Positions 8,976 through 20,300 of a stretch of DNA of 64,000 nt are shown in pieces. The stretch is from Verrucomicrobiales bacterium. GTDB taxonomy: Bacteria; Verrucomicrobiota; Verrucomicrobiia; Verrucomicrobiales; DEV007. A program made the translations under genes and the position numbers. Positions within the stretch are counted from its first letter, which is position 1. The number at the start of each line of letters is the position of its first letter. The stretch covers positions 41,641-105,640 of the forward strand of contig JBMYJM010000010.1 of NCBI GenBank assembly GCA_049594415.1, given 5' to 3'. The notes beneath the pieces were generated by a model. It saw nothing but the letters and a program-made list of their open reading frames with translations, had not been told where the DNA came from and did not search any database.

Positions 8976-11204
8976 ATGCTTGATCTCACTTCTTCCAGTT
9001 TCATGGAGCAGGGCGCCATCAATCCTTTTTCCGACGATTTTTTTGTCGATCATCCCCACAATTTGCCGGGGATTTCGCAAATTCATGCCCCGACCTTCAA
9101 TCGCGTCGTGGACGCGATCGACAGCCTCGTCAATCGCGCCGAGAAACAGACGCCCGCGGACCAGCTGGGCCGAACCATCCTCGTGACCGCTCCCGAAGCC
9201 GGCTACGGCAAATCACATCTCACAGCCCGACTCCGAGATCATCTCAAAGCTTCAGCCACAGCGGTTTCACTACCCCTTGATCCTTCCCGTCCCGTCGCCT
9301 GGCCGGTTCTACTCGGGGCCATCATCCGGCAGTTTTCTAACCAGCCTTCGCCCCACTTTGACGACACCTCGCTCTTCGCGGAAACCGGGCGCAACTTTCT
9401 GGCACGACTGGTCATTCACCACATCCATTCCGGAGACAGCCTCAACTGCCCTGAACCCGAGCAAAAAATTGAGCAGGAGTTTGCCCATCTTTTTCGAAGT
9501 GATTCTCCCTCCTCGATCCTTGGCTGGACCGACTCACACTCGAGGGACCTGAGCCATAGAGTTTCGGCAGAGTTCCTCGACACCTTGGGAGTCTCCCCCA
9601 ACGAGCTCGGTTTCTGGACTCGCCTCATCATCGACTTTAACTGGCGCGGTGATGGCGCTCTCGAGCCCCTTCGGGGCCTCACCAACGGAGAAGCTCGCGA
9701 GCGCCTGCTGCAATGGCTGCGTCTCGCCTCACTATACCGCCCGGTTCTCATCATCGCCGACGGCCTCGACGGCTTCTTTCAATCTGAAACCGCCGGCATG
9801 CAAATCGCAGGGATTATTACCGGGATTCGCGAAACGGTTCCGCGCTCCGTCACCCTGTTATGTCTCAATCAGGATATCTGGGACTCTGTTTTTAGGCACC
9901 ACCTCCCCTCGGCCTGGCTCGATCGGCTCACCGGTGAACCACAGCCATTGCTCCCCATCTCTGGCGAAGCCGCCTCTGAACTGGTCCAAAACCGCCTCGA
10001 ACGAACCTCATTGAGTTCGGGTTCGGCACAGGGTTTCATCGAAAAATTGAGGACCGAAAATCGTTGGGACGACAGCGAAACACGGCTCTCGCCCCGTCTA
10101 GCCTTGCGCCAGGCCGGCCGGCTCTGGAACTCATACGCCAATGAATACGGGGTGCCCGAGGACGGGCCGCTAACTCCGCCGCCGGCAGCCATCTGCGAAA
10201 GCGCGGAAGAAGAAAATTGCGAGCCAGAGACCACTCCGGAAATCCACCTGCCAACCCTCGGTCCCATCCCTGCTGTCGGATCGCGACCGATTTCACCAGG
10301 GCGAGAAGTTGAGGAAAGCGAACTTCCGGCCAATCCTTTCTTTGTCCCGCCTCCTCCAAAAAACCTTACCGAACACCTCACTGGAATCGATTCTATCATC
10401 AACGATATTCGCGATTCAGGGAAAACCGTGGTCAGCGAATCGGCGGAACGCACAGAACTCGATCTTCCGGTTCAGGAAGAACTCTCCGAACCGGCTGAAT
10501 TATTCCAAGCCGGAGAGCTCAAAATCACCCCGATCGAAAACGGTCAGCTTCTACCTCCCTTCAACGAGAAGAAAGAGAAGTCCAATGTCGTCGATTTTGC
10601 TGCCGCACTGAGACAGAGCCCGGAGCAAACATTCCCTGACACGAAACCTACTTCAACAAACCCGTCACTGGTGAGCCGTGCCACGGTGGAAACTCGTCTC
10701 AAACAAAGAGAACGCGAAATCCTCGACAACAAACCGCTTGAAATGGACCTTCCCAAGGTCGAGAAACTCCTCCAGAAAATGGGTGCCAGCCACCTCGGCC
10801 TTAACCAGACCGAGGAACGTTTCCCCAGCAGCCGCACCGCCTGCCTCCGCTGGAATGTTCGCGGGCAATCCGTCCTGATTGGCTTCGAGTCGCCTCGCAA
10901 TGTCTACTTCTGGAACAACCTGCTTCAACAGTCGCTTTCATCCAACCGACAGGAGAAGATCACTTCATTTTCGCACTCCTCCGAATCGTTCGATCCGGGT
11001 TTGTTTGCCAGCTTCGGATTCAGCCCGTCCGTGATTCGCGGACGAATCGATGCCATTGAAATGTCTGACCAGCAACTGGCGATGCTCTACGCTGCTGACG
11101 ATGTCCTCAGGGAGTTCGAAGCCGCTTCCAACGGCGACATAGCTACCCAGTACATCGCACTCAGCCTCGACCCTCTCTGGCGTCGAATCAGCAAACCGCT
11201 CTGA
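8976..11204 (+). CDS. Uncharacterised P-loop NTPase (AAA+-like) with a Pro/Glu-rich linker and unknown C-terminal domain
   Basis: Walker A-like ILVTAPEAGYGKSHL; Walker B-like VLIIADGLD; low-complexity central region. Confidence 0.7.
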   Translation: MLDLTSSSFMEQGAINPFSDDFFVDHPHNLPGISQIHAPTFNRVVDAIDSLVNRAEKQTPADQLGRTILVTAPEAGYGKSHLTARLRDHLKASATAVSLPLDPSRPVAWPVLLGAIIRQFSNQPSPHFDDTSLFAETGRNFLARLVIHHIHSGDSLNCPEPEQKIEQEFAHLFRSDSPSSILGWTDSHSRDLSHRVSAEFLDTLGVSPNELGFWTRLIIDFNWRGDGALEPLRGLTNGEARERLLQWLRLASLYRPVLIIADGLDGFFQSETAGMQIAGIITGIRETVPRSVTLLCLNQDIWDSVFRHHLPSAWLDRLTGEPQPLLPISGEAASELVQNRLERTSLSSGSAQGFIEKLRTENRWDDSETRLSPRLALRQAGRLWNSYANEYGVPEDGPLTPPPAAICESAEEENCEPETTPEIHLPTLGPIPAVGSRPISPGREVEESELPANPFFVPPPPKNLTEHLTGIDSIINDIRDSGKTVVSESAERTELDLPVQEELSEPAELFQAGELKITPIENGQLLPPFNEKKEKSNVVDFAAALRQSPEQTFPDTKPTSTNPSLVSRATVETRLKQREREILDNKPLEMDLPKVEKLLQKMGASHLGLNQTEERFPSSRTACLRWNVRGQSVLIGFESPRNVYFWNNLLQQSLSSNRQEKITSFSHSSESFDPGLFASFGFSPSVIRGRIDAIEMSDQQLAMLYAADDVLREFEAASNGDIATQYIALSLDPLWRRISKPL

Positions 11205-11213
11205 GCGTCCCGG

Positions 11214-12653
11214 CTATCTCTCTTTCTTCGCCGCTTTGGCGAAAGCACTCTCGATCGCCTTGGCTTCAGCTTCCGCGTCGAAGTCCGGATTCGCCTCAGT
11301 GGGAACGGGGGCGCCAATGGCGTCTCGCCAGTTTTCGAGATCCTTCTTCAGTTCCTCCAACTTCTCAGGATTGGATTGGCTAAGATCAGTGGTCTCGCCA
11401 ATGTCATCGATCAGGTTATAGAGCTCGAAGTCACCACTTTCGAAGAACTGCAACAGCTTCCAATCGCCACGTCGAACCACCGAACAGGGGCGCGAGCGGA
11501 AGAGCGGATCACGCTGTTCGAAATGGCTGACCCCGTAGCTCTGCAGGTAAGCCGGGAAGTGCCAGTAGATTGAACGCTCCTTGCCTTCCCCACCCCTCAA
11601 CAGGGGAACGAGGCTCTCACCGTCGAGAGGTTGCTCCGGAAGACCCACACCTAGCATTTCGCAAAACGTGGGATAAAGATCGACACCAATGATGGGCGTT
11701 TCGTTAATTTGCCCCCCCTCAACAACGCCCGGCCAGTTTACGAAAAACGGAACTCGAATGCCTCCCTCGTAATAGGTCCCTTTGTAGCCTTTCAAGGGTG
11801 CCATATCTGTTGCCGGACCATAGCCACCATTGTCAGAGAAAAAGACGATGATGGTATTGTCACGAGTTCCGGACTCCTCAAGCGCCTTGATGAGGCGTCC
11901 GACGCTTTGATCGACCGACTCGATCATTGTGGCCATGGCCACGTGATTGTGAACTTCGCCGGGTTCCTTTGCCTTGTACTTGGCCACGTATTCCTTATTC
12001 GCATCCAGTGGCGTATGAACCGCAAAATGGGTCAGATAGAGAACCCAGGGGTTGTCCGCATTTTCCTTAATGAAATCGACCGCCCGTAGACTGATGGTCT
12101 TGGTAAGGTATTCGTCATCGGGCACCTCATCGAGGCCGGGCACCCGGGGGTGGGGAGCGTAATACCCTTTCGGCGGACTGCCGGAGTGAGTTCCTCCCAC
12201 ATTGATATCAAAGCCATAGGGAATGGGATCATCACTGAGATGCCACTTCCCCATTGTTGCCGTGTGATAACCGGCTGCCTGCAAAGTCTCTGCCCAGGTC
12301 GCTATGTCAGGATTGAGCGTATCAACGCCCGGGATGAAGTTGATGCGACGGTGTTTCGCGTTCCCGCGCGGACCGGTGCCTACATTGTAGACTTCGTGGC
12401 GTGGCGTGTATTGGCCACTGAGAAGGCAAGCTCTGGCCGGTGCGCAATTTGCAGACGCCGAGTAGGCATTTGTGAAGATCATTCCATCCTCCGCAAGAGC
12501 ATCAATGTTCGGCGTCTCGTAGAAATCAGATCCCATGTAGGAGGTATCCTTCCAGCCGTAATCGTCCATGAAGATGAACAGGAGATTCGGTCGTTCCGCT
12601 GCCTCGCTGGCGGAAAACAGCATGATCGTAAAAAGGGTAATCCAGGGACGCAT
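11214..12653 (-). CDS. Secreted Cys-type sulfatase
   Basis: Signal peptide; FIFMDDYG; CAPAR (CxPxR) SGQY; GKWHL; SDNGG; KGTYYEGGIRVP. Confidence 0.96.
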   Translation of the reverse strand: MRPWITLFTIMLFSASEAAERPNLLFIFMDDYGWKDTSYMGSDFYETPNIDALAEDGMIFTNAYSASANCAPARACLLSGQYTPRHEVYNVGTGPRGNAKHRRINFIPGVDTLNPDIATWAETLQAAGYHTATMGKWHLSDDPIPYGFDINVGGTHSGSPPKGYYAPHPRVPGLDEVPDDEYLTKTISLRAVDFIKENADNPWVLYLTHFAVHTPLDANKEYVAKYKAKEPGEVHNHVAMATMIESVDQSVGRLIKALEESGTRDNTIIVFFSDNGGYGPATDMAPLKGYKGTYYEGGIRVPFFVNWPGVVEGGQINETPIIGVDLYPTFCEMLGVGLPEQPLDGESLVPLLRGGEGKERSIYWHFPAYLQSYGVSHFEQRDPLFRSRPCSVVRRGDWKLLQFFESGDFELYNLIDDIGETTDLSQSNPEKLEELKKDLENWRDAIGAPVPTEANPDFDAEAEAKAIESAFAKAAKKER

Positions 12654-13099
12654 GATTCCTTCAAACCGTTATTCGCTGAGAACCGCAAGGATAAAAGACT
12701 GTCATACCCGACATACGTATTGTCAGCGCCGCCTCCCTTTCCGTGACGATCCTCCCCTTAAACCCGCCAAAAATTGCTGCCGTGCCAAATCGATCGAGAT
12801 GGGCCCGACCATCAAGTTCGACTGAACGGCTCCCGCGGGCGGGCACGTCCCCTTCCTAATCAGGCTGGGTATCACGGGGACCACCAAGGTCGGCAAGGAT
12901 CCGATAAAGATTCGCTTCGAGCCCCCTCAATTAAAAAGCCGGAAAGCTTTGGCACCGCCTGCAATTCTCGCTTTCAGCGCAACCCCCTGATCCCCTTTTC
13001 TTTCGCGGGTTAGAGATTCCTTCGATCGCCCCCGCCATTCTCGGGTTGAATTTATTTCAGTTTTCCTAAATACTGGGATACCCCTCAACTGACTATTTC

Positions 13100-14965
13100 A
13101 TGGCTGCCGAATATACCGAAGAGCACATTCGCTCGCTGGAACCGCGCGAACACATCCGTCTCCGACCGGGCATGTACATCGGAAAACTAGGTGACGGAAG
13201 CGCCCAGGACGATGGAATTTATATCCTCCTCAAGGAGGTCATCGACAACTGCATCGATGAGTTTGTGATGGGCAACGGCAAGCAGATTGACATTGAGATC
13301 GATGACCGTTTTGTCCGGGTGCGGGACTACGGCCGCGGTATTCCACTCGGCAAGCTCAAGGACTGTGCCTCCATCATCAACACCGGCGCCAAGTACGACA
13401 GCGAAGCCTTCAAGAAATCAGTCGGCCTCAACGGTGTCGGTATCAAGGCTGTAAATTTCCTCTCTGACTTCTTCGAGATCGCAGCTTTCCGCGACAAGCA
13501 GACCAAGGGCATCTCATTCGGCAAAGGCCACATCGCCGATGAGATGAAACGGGCAGCCAAGACGACAGAGCCAAACGGCACTATGGTTTCCTTTGAGCCC
13601 GACGAAGAGATCTTCGGTAGCTTCTCGTGGAACCACGAATACGTGGAGACCATGCTGCGCAACTATGCCTACCTTAACACCGGGCTGACGCTGACGCTCA
13701 ACGGCAAGAAGTTCAAATCGAAGAATGGGCTGCTCGACCTGCTCAACGAAAACCTCGATGGCGGGGAGAAACCAATATACCCTATCATTCATTTATCAGG
13801 GAAAGACATCGAAGTCGCTTTCACTCACACTGAACAGAGTGGCGAGGAATACTACAGCTTCGTCAATGGCCAGCACACCACCATGGGCGGCACCCACCTC
13901 GCCGCTTTTCGGGAGGCCATTGTCACTACGGTGCGGACTCACTTGAAGAAACAGTATGACGCCACTGACATTCGGGGTGGCATCGTCGCCGCCATCGCCA
14001 TGAAGGTGGAAGATCCCGTCTTCGAATCCCAGACTAAGACCAAGTTAGGCTCCACTCACATGGCGCCAGATGGCGAAACCATCCGAACCTTTGTCGGCAA
14101 CTTCATCGGTCTGCAGCTCGACAACCACCTCCACCGAAACAAGGACACCACTGCTGCGCTCACTGAAAAAATCCAGCGCTCTGAGCACGAGCGCAAGGAG
14201 ATGAAAGGCATCAAGAAGCTCGCCCGCGAGCGAGCCAAGGTGTCTAAAGTCCACAACAAGAAACTGCGCGACTGCCGTGCTCACTTGAACTCGAAGCACA
14301 AGCTCGCCGACGAATCGACGCTCTTCATTACCGAGGGTGACTCAGCCAGTGGCTCCATCACCAAGGCGCGCAACGTTGACACCCAGGCCGTTTTCTCACT
14401 CCGAGGCAAGCCGCTAAACTCTTTCGGTATGACCCGCAAGGTCGTCTACCAGAACGAAGAGTTTAACCTGCTCCAGGCCGCGCTTGGTATTGAAGACGAC
14501 ATTGAGAATCTTCGTTACAACAAAGTCGTGCTGGCAACCGATGCCGACGTCGACGGCATGCACATTCGCCTGCTCGCTCTAACTTTTTTCCTCCAGTTTT
14601 TCCCCGACCTGATTCGTGAAGGCCATCTTTACATTCTCGAAACCCCGCTCTTCCGAGTGAGGAATAAGCAGGAGACTCGCTACTGTTACACTGAAGAAGA
14701 ACGGCTTCAGGCTCTCGAAGAAGTGAAGAATCCCGAGATCACCCGATTCAAGGGTCTCGGAGAAATCTCGCCAGACGAGTTCAAGTTTTTCATCAGTGAA
14801 AACATTCGCCTTTCACCCGTGGAAATGCCGCCCAAGCCGAAAGCGATCCAGGATCTACTGACATTCTACATGGGCAAGAACACGCCGCAGAGACAGGAGT
14901 TTATTATCCGGAATTTGAAGGTGGAGACAGATCTCATTGAGGAGGAGGACCACGAAGCGGCTTAA
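13100..14965 (+). CDS. parE: DNA topoisomerase IV subunit B (GyrB family)
   Basis: [41 protein letters not shown]-like [23 protein letters not shown]; short 621-aa form. Confidence 0.88.
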   Translation: MAAEYTEEHIRSLEPREHIRLRPGMYIGKLGDGSAQDDGIYILLKEVIDNCIDEFVMGNGKQIDIEIDDRFVRVRDYGRGIPLGKLKDCASIINTGAKYDSEAFKKSVGLNGVGIKAVNFLSDFFEIAAFRDKQTKGISFGKGHIADEMKRAAKTTEPNGTMVSFEPDEEIFGSFSWNHEYVETMLRNYAYLNTGLTLTLNGKKFKSKNGLLDLLNENLDGGEKPIYPIIHLSGKDIEVAFTHTEQSGEEYYSFVNGQHTTMGGTHLAAFREAIVTTVRTHLKKQYDATDIRGGIVAAIAMKVEDPVFESQTKTKLGSTHMAPDGETIRTFVGNFIGLQLDNHLHRNKDTTAALTEKIQRSEHERKEMKGIKKLARERAKVSKVHNKKLRDCRAHLNSKHKLADESTLFITEGDSASGSITKARNVDTQAVFSLRGKPLNSFGMTRKVVYQNEEFNLLQAALGIEDDIENLRYNKVVLATDADVDGMHIRLLALTFFLQFFPDLIREGHLYILETPLFRVRNKQETRYCYTEEERLQALEEVKNPEITRFKGLGEISPDEFKFFISENIRLSPVEMPPKPKAIQDLLTFYMGKNTPQRQEFIIRNLKVETDLIEEEDHEAA

Positions 14966-14982
14966 GCCAAACTAATTTCCTC

Positions 14983-17154
14983 ATGCCTGAAGACACACCC
15001 CAACCCCAGCAGCCCCTCAAGGGCATGTATGCTGACTGGTTTCTCGACTACGCCAGCTACGTCATTCTTGAACGTGCTGTCCCTCATATTGATGACGGAC
15101 TTAAACCCGTTCAGAGACGCATTCTTCATTCGCTCAAGGAAAAAGACGACGGGCGCTTCAACAAGGTCGCTAATATCATCGGCCATACCATGCAATACCA
15201 CCCGCATGGTGACCAGTCCATCGGCGATGCCCTCGTCAATATGGGCCAGAAAGAACTGGTCGTGGATACCCAGGGAAACTGGGGCAACATTCTCACTGGC
15301 GACTCCGCTGCGGCCCCGCGATACATCGAAACCCGGCTCTCAAAGTTCGCAAACGAAGTTTTCTTCAATCACAAGACCACGGCCTGGGCAGCGAGCTATG
15401 ACGGGCGCAACAAAGAACCCGTTACCCTTCCTTCCAAGTTTCCGCTCGTTCTCGCTCACGGTGCCGAAGGCATCGCTGTGGGTTTGGCCTGCAAGATCCT
15501 GCCGCACAATTTTAACGAACTCATCGACGCCTGCATCTCGGCGCTGAAGAAGGAAGACTTTGAGATCTTCCCTGACTTTCTGCAGGGAGGCATTGCCGAT
15601 GTCTCCGAATACAACGACGGCCTTCGTGGCGGGAAAGTTCGGGTGCGTGCCCGAATCGAGCGCGTCAAAGCCCGCCAACTGGTGATTCGCGAGGTTCCCT
15701 TTGGCACCACAGCTTCGAGCCTTTGTGATTCCATCCTCAAGGCAAACGAACAGGGCAAAGTCCGTATCTCACGACTCGAGGATTGCACCGCGGAGAACGT
15801 CGAGATACACGTCTACCTTCCCGCCGGCGTCGATACCGATCAAACCCTCCAGGCACTCTACGCTTTCACCGACTGTGAAGTCAGCATTTCGCCCAACTCC
15901 TGCGTCATCCAGGACAACAAGCCGAAGTTCCTCGGCGTCACGGAAATCCTCAAACACAGCGCCAAGCAAACCCGCGCCCTGCTAAAGCAGGAGCTCGAGA
16001 TCAAGCTCGGTGAATTGGAGGAACGATGGCACTTCTCCAGCCTCGAAAAAATCTTCATTGAGAATCGCATTTACCGCCGCATCGAGGAATGCGAAACCTG
16101 GGAAGCGGTCATCGAAGAAATCTGGAAGGGCTTGAAGCCGTTCCTCAAATTGCTCAAGCGCGAGGTCACAGAGGAAGACATCGTTCGCCTCACCGAGATC
16201 AAGATTAAGCGCATCTCGAAATATGATGCCTTCAAGGCCGACGAACTTATCAAGGGCCTCGAAGACCAGATCAGCGAGGTGAAGAAACACCTTCGCCGCC
16301 TCACCCAGTATGCCATCAAGTGGTATCAGACCATCAAAGAGAAATACGGCAAAGATCGTGGCCGCCGCACTGAACTCGCCCGCTTTGACCGCGTTGCCGC
16401 CAAGCAGGTGGTCGTGGCCAACGACACGCTCTACGTGAATCGCAAGGAAGGATTCGCCGGTTACTCCATGAAGCGCGACGAGTCCGTTGAGAAATGCTCG
16501 CGCCTCGACGACATCATTGCGTTCTCCCGCGACGGCACCATGCGCGTCGTCAAGATCGCCGACAAAGTCTTCATCGGAAAAGACAACCTCATTGTTCACG
16601 TCTTCAAGAAAGACGATCCGAAGTACTACAACATGATCTACCGCGATGGTCGCGGTGGTCGAGCCATGGTGAAACGTTTCCAGGTCACCGGTGTGACCCG
16701 GGAAAAACTCTACGACCTCACCGGAGGAAAACCCGGCACGCGAGTTCTCTGGCTCAGCGAACATGACACTGAGGAAGAAGCCGACGTCGTCGTCCGCGTT
16801 CATCTGAAGTCCGATCTACGTCTTCGTAATTTTCAGATCGACTTCCACTTTGGCGAACTCGCCATCAAGGGACGTGGTGCCAAGGGTAACATCCTGACAA
16901 GGCACCCCGTTGATCGGGTCTCGCGCATTTCCAAGGCGGAACAGGAAGAGATTACCGGGAAGACGCAGGAAGAACCTTCGCCCGAACCGGGACCTGAAGC
17001 AAAACCTGCCGCCACGAAGAAGGCTGCCGTAAAAAAAAAGAACGTAGCTAAAAAGGCACCAGGCAGGAAGAAAGCGGCCGTCCGCAAAGCCACCGGGAAA
17101 AAAACGTCCAAGGAAACGGCAGCCAAGAAAAAGGCGACGAGGCGGCGCAATTAG
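14983..17154 (+). CDS. parC: DNA topoisomerase IV subunit A (GyrA family) with a Lys/Ala-rich tail
   Basis: DGLKPVQRRIL, YHPHGD, catalytic AAPRY; follows parE. Confidence 0.88.
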   Translation: MPEDTPQPQQPLKGMYADWFLDYASYVILERAVPHIDDGLKPVQRRILHSLKEKDDGRFNKVANIIGHTMQYHPHGDQSIGDALVNMGQKELVVDTQGNWGNILTGDSAAAPRYIETRLSKFANEVFFNHKTTAWAASYDGRNKEPVTLPSKFPLVLAHGAEGIAVGLACKILPHNFNELIDACISALKKEDFEIFPDFLQGGIADVSEYNDGLRGGKVRVRARIERVKARQLVIREVPFGTTASSLCDSILKANEQGKVRISRLEDCTAENVEIHVYLPAGVDTDQTLQALYAFTDCEVSISPNSCVIQDNKPKFLGVTEILKHSAKQTRALLKQELEIKLGELEERWHFSSLEKIFIENRIYRRIEECETWEAVIEEIWKGLKPFLKLLKREVTEEDIVRLTEIKIKRISKYDAFKADELIKGLEDQISEVKKHLRRLTQYAIKWYQTIKEKYGKDRGRRTELARFDRVAAKQVVVANDTLYVNRKEGFAGYSMKRDESVEKCSRLDDIIAFSRDGTMRVVKIADKVFIGKDNLIVHVFKKDDPKYYNMIYRDGRGGRAMVKRFQVTGVTREKLYDLTGGKPGTRVLWLSEHDTEEEADVVVRVHLKSDLRLRNFQIDFHFGELAIKGRGAKGNILTRHPVDRVSRISKAEQEEITGKTQEEPSPEPGPEAKPAATKKAAVKKKNVAKKAPGRKKAAVRKATGKKTSKETAAKKKATRRRN

Positions 17155-17350
17155 TGGCATTGCTGAACTGAAAGGCAGTCACAATTTTGATTGGCTGTCG
17201 TTCGTCTAGTTTCTAGATTATTTTCCTGATTAGGTAAATACACTTCTTAATTAGACATAAAAATTTTATTTTGTTGGTGGCACCTTGATGAGTTAATTAG
17301 AGCCCGGCGGAGACCCGTTACTCGCTGATTTATAAAGAGCTTTTCATCTC

Positions 17351-20300
17351 ATGAATACGCCCTGCCTTCATGCCAGACTTACATTTGCCTTAGCATTCTC
17401 TCTCACCTTGGTGGGACTTTCCCTCGAGGCGCAAATCACCTGGGATGGAGGTGGAGGAGATGATAACTGGACAACCGGAGACAACTGGGCGGGAAATGTT
17501 GCTCCTTCTGGAGGAAACTCGCTCATTTTCACCGGCAATATCCAGACGGCTTCCACCAACACACTTGCAAACGGATCTATCATCGATGGCATTCAGTTTA
17601 CCAACGATGGCAGCACGTCTGCAGCTTCAGGGGAGTTTGTGCTCTCCGGAAACAGCGTGACTCTCTCCTCCGGGATCACAACGACCGCAGTCGTTCCGGC
17701 AAACACCACCCTCACCGACATCGTTAATTTCGACATCATCCTGAATGGCAACCGCACCTTCACTGCCAACGGCAACGCCGCCAACAACACCGAACACAAC
17801 CTGATTCTCAACGGTGATATCAGCGGTGCATTTCAGCTTCTCACTGCAGGCGATGCCACTATTACCTTCGCAGGCAACAACACCTTCACCTCCTTCCGAC
17901 TCGGAGATGGTGGTGTCTCGAGCTGGAATGGCACGACAGGCACCCGCGCCGGATTTGTGGTAGTTAGCAACAACGGCGCGCTTGGAACCGGGCTGGTGAC
18001 GTCCCGAGGCGGACAATTGCAGGCAGGGGTTAGCGGCATCAACCTTGCCAATGACTTCAAAGTCAGTGCTGGTGGTCTTCGTGTCGGAGGCAGTAATAAT
18101 TTTGAGATCAGCGGCGCGATTACTCAGGACGCTTCTCGTGACTACGCCAATTACGGCACCGGCACAGTCACACTGAGCGGCGGTCTTGTTCTGGGAACCG
18201 GACAGAATGCTAACTTCACGACTGGCGCTTGGAACTTCACAGGCGCCATCAGCGGCGGCGGTAACTTCCGCAATACCGGAGGCATCAAGACCTTTTCAGC
18301 CAACAACACTTACACGGGCACAACAGAGGTGACTGGCGGCACATTAAATCTCAATGCCAGCAACAACATCGCTGATACCGGCGACATCATTCAGTCGGCA
18401 GGTACCATCAACGTCGGCGACGGGGTGGTCGAAACTGTGAACAGTTACAACGCGACCGCGGGCACCCTGAACTTCGGAGGCTCCAGCGAACTGGTCGTGA
18501 GCGCCAACAGCCGGATTAGCAATGTCACCATCGGCACTCACGGTCGCATCACGGTAGGTGACGGCGCGACACTGACTCAGACTGGTGGTGCCATCAGCGC
18601 CCTCGGCGACAACGATTCCTTCACCTTCAACATGCTCGGCAGCAGTTCTGCCAACATCGCGGGCACGCTCAACTTCGGTGGTAATGGACAGATCAACAAA
18701 GATGGCACCGGAACGGTCACGGTAACAAACAATAACAGTAACTTTGGAGGTGGCACCCGAATCAGGGCGGGGACACTTGAGTTCACCTCAATCTCCAACA
18801 CCGATGCAAACAGCAGCCTCGGACGGGGTGGATTCCAAAACATCCTCCAGATCGGATCTGATTCGAATTCCGCGACCCTCAGGATGATCGGTACCAACAC
18901 GACCAATTCTACCAATCGAAACATGCAGATCGGTGACATGGGCGGCACCGTCGATGTGGTTGAAGCCGCCCAGACGCTCGCGATCAACGGGGTTGTCAGC
19001 GGCAATGGAACCACCGGCAACGGAGCGCTCACCAAAACAGGGGCTGGAACGCTCGTTCTCGCGGGAAACAACACGTGGTCCGGTGGTGCAACAGTCAGCG
19101 AGGGTACACTGCAAATCGGAAACGGCGGCACTTCCGGGACGATCGGTAGCGGCAATGTGGTGAACGATGCCACCCTGATCTTCAACAGCACCGGTTCTCA
19201 TTCTGTCGCTGACATCACCGGCACAGGAGATACCACCATCAGCGCAGGCACACTCAGCCTCAATGGCAGCAACTACACCAATGATATCACGATTGCGAGC
19301 GTGGCGAATGTCACTGGAGATGGTGCCACCACCGGCGCGCTTCTTTTCGAGGGTGCGACGCACACCATCACCGTTGATGCCACAACCAGCGGAGCGCTTG
19401 GCTCTATCGGAGCCGGTTCTACCGACATCAGCTCGGTCGGAGCGGGAAATTTCATCGTCAATACGACAGGATCCGGAGCAGGGGACGTCACCGTACTGCG
19501 CTACGGCAGCGGCGGCTTCAGCGGTAACATTGGTAGTTTTGCCCTCGGCGCCAACAACTCCAGCGTTCGCGGAGCCGGCAGCTTCATCGACAACGGAGTC
19601 GATGCCATCACTATTGACTTAGGTTTTGTGAGTAACACTTGGTCAGGCAGTGCCAGTAACAACTGGGATGTCGGCACAACCGCTAACTGGAACAACTCAT
19701 CCGACACGGTCTTCCAGCAAGGCGATGACGTCGTATTTGACGATACCGCCACGACCAACCTGACCCCCACCCTTCAGGAGAATATCACCGTCGGTGACTT
19801 AGCTTTCAACAATAGCACTAAGGCTTACACCATCTCTTCCAATGCCACTGAAGCGCTCTCCGTGGTTGGCAATGTAAACGCATCGAACGGTGGCGACGTT
19901 ACCGTCAACAGCGATGTCAATGTCACCGGGACAATCAACGTGAACGGTTCGGGATCGACCATCTTCAACGGTAGTGTGACCGGATCAAGCGGCCTCACCT
20001 TCGACGGTAGCGGTGACTCCACTTACTTCGGGGGCATCGCCGGTTCCGGCGACCTCATCAAGAACGGATCTGGAACGGTCCGATTTCAAACGGTAGCACC
20101 TTCTTTCACCGGCACGCAATATGTGAACGAAGGAACACTCCTCTATTTCAGCAACGCGATCAATGACAACAGCAACGAAGCGAACCTGACCACGATCATT
20201 GCCGCCGGAGCGACCCTTGAGTTCAATACCAACGGTGTAGGTGAGAGCATCCAGACTTTCGACTTTGGAGGAGGCGGCACGTTCAAGAAATCCGGAGGCG

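Noticed and set aside
12801-12895. Calling this element tmRNA, SRP RNA or a tRNA because of GTTCGAC and CCACCA words
   Set aside because: It is too short for tmRNA, has no SRP helix-8 motif and has no anticodon/D-arm geometry. It is kept only as an unidentified structure.
15982-16803. Long antisense ORFs (also 990..1730, 37688..38521, 38756..39862, 40403..41284, 60884..62308)
   Set aside because: They lie opposite well-supported genes and reflect codon bias in moderately GC-rich DNA. They contain no recognisable motifs.
13100-17154. Calling the pair DNA gyrase
   Set aside because: The B subunit is short, the A subunit has AAPRY and no GyrA-box, and the pair resembles the Chlamydia/Bacteroidota-type topo IV. 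A phylogeny would settle it.
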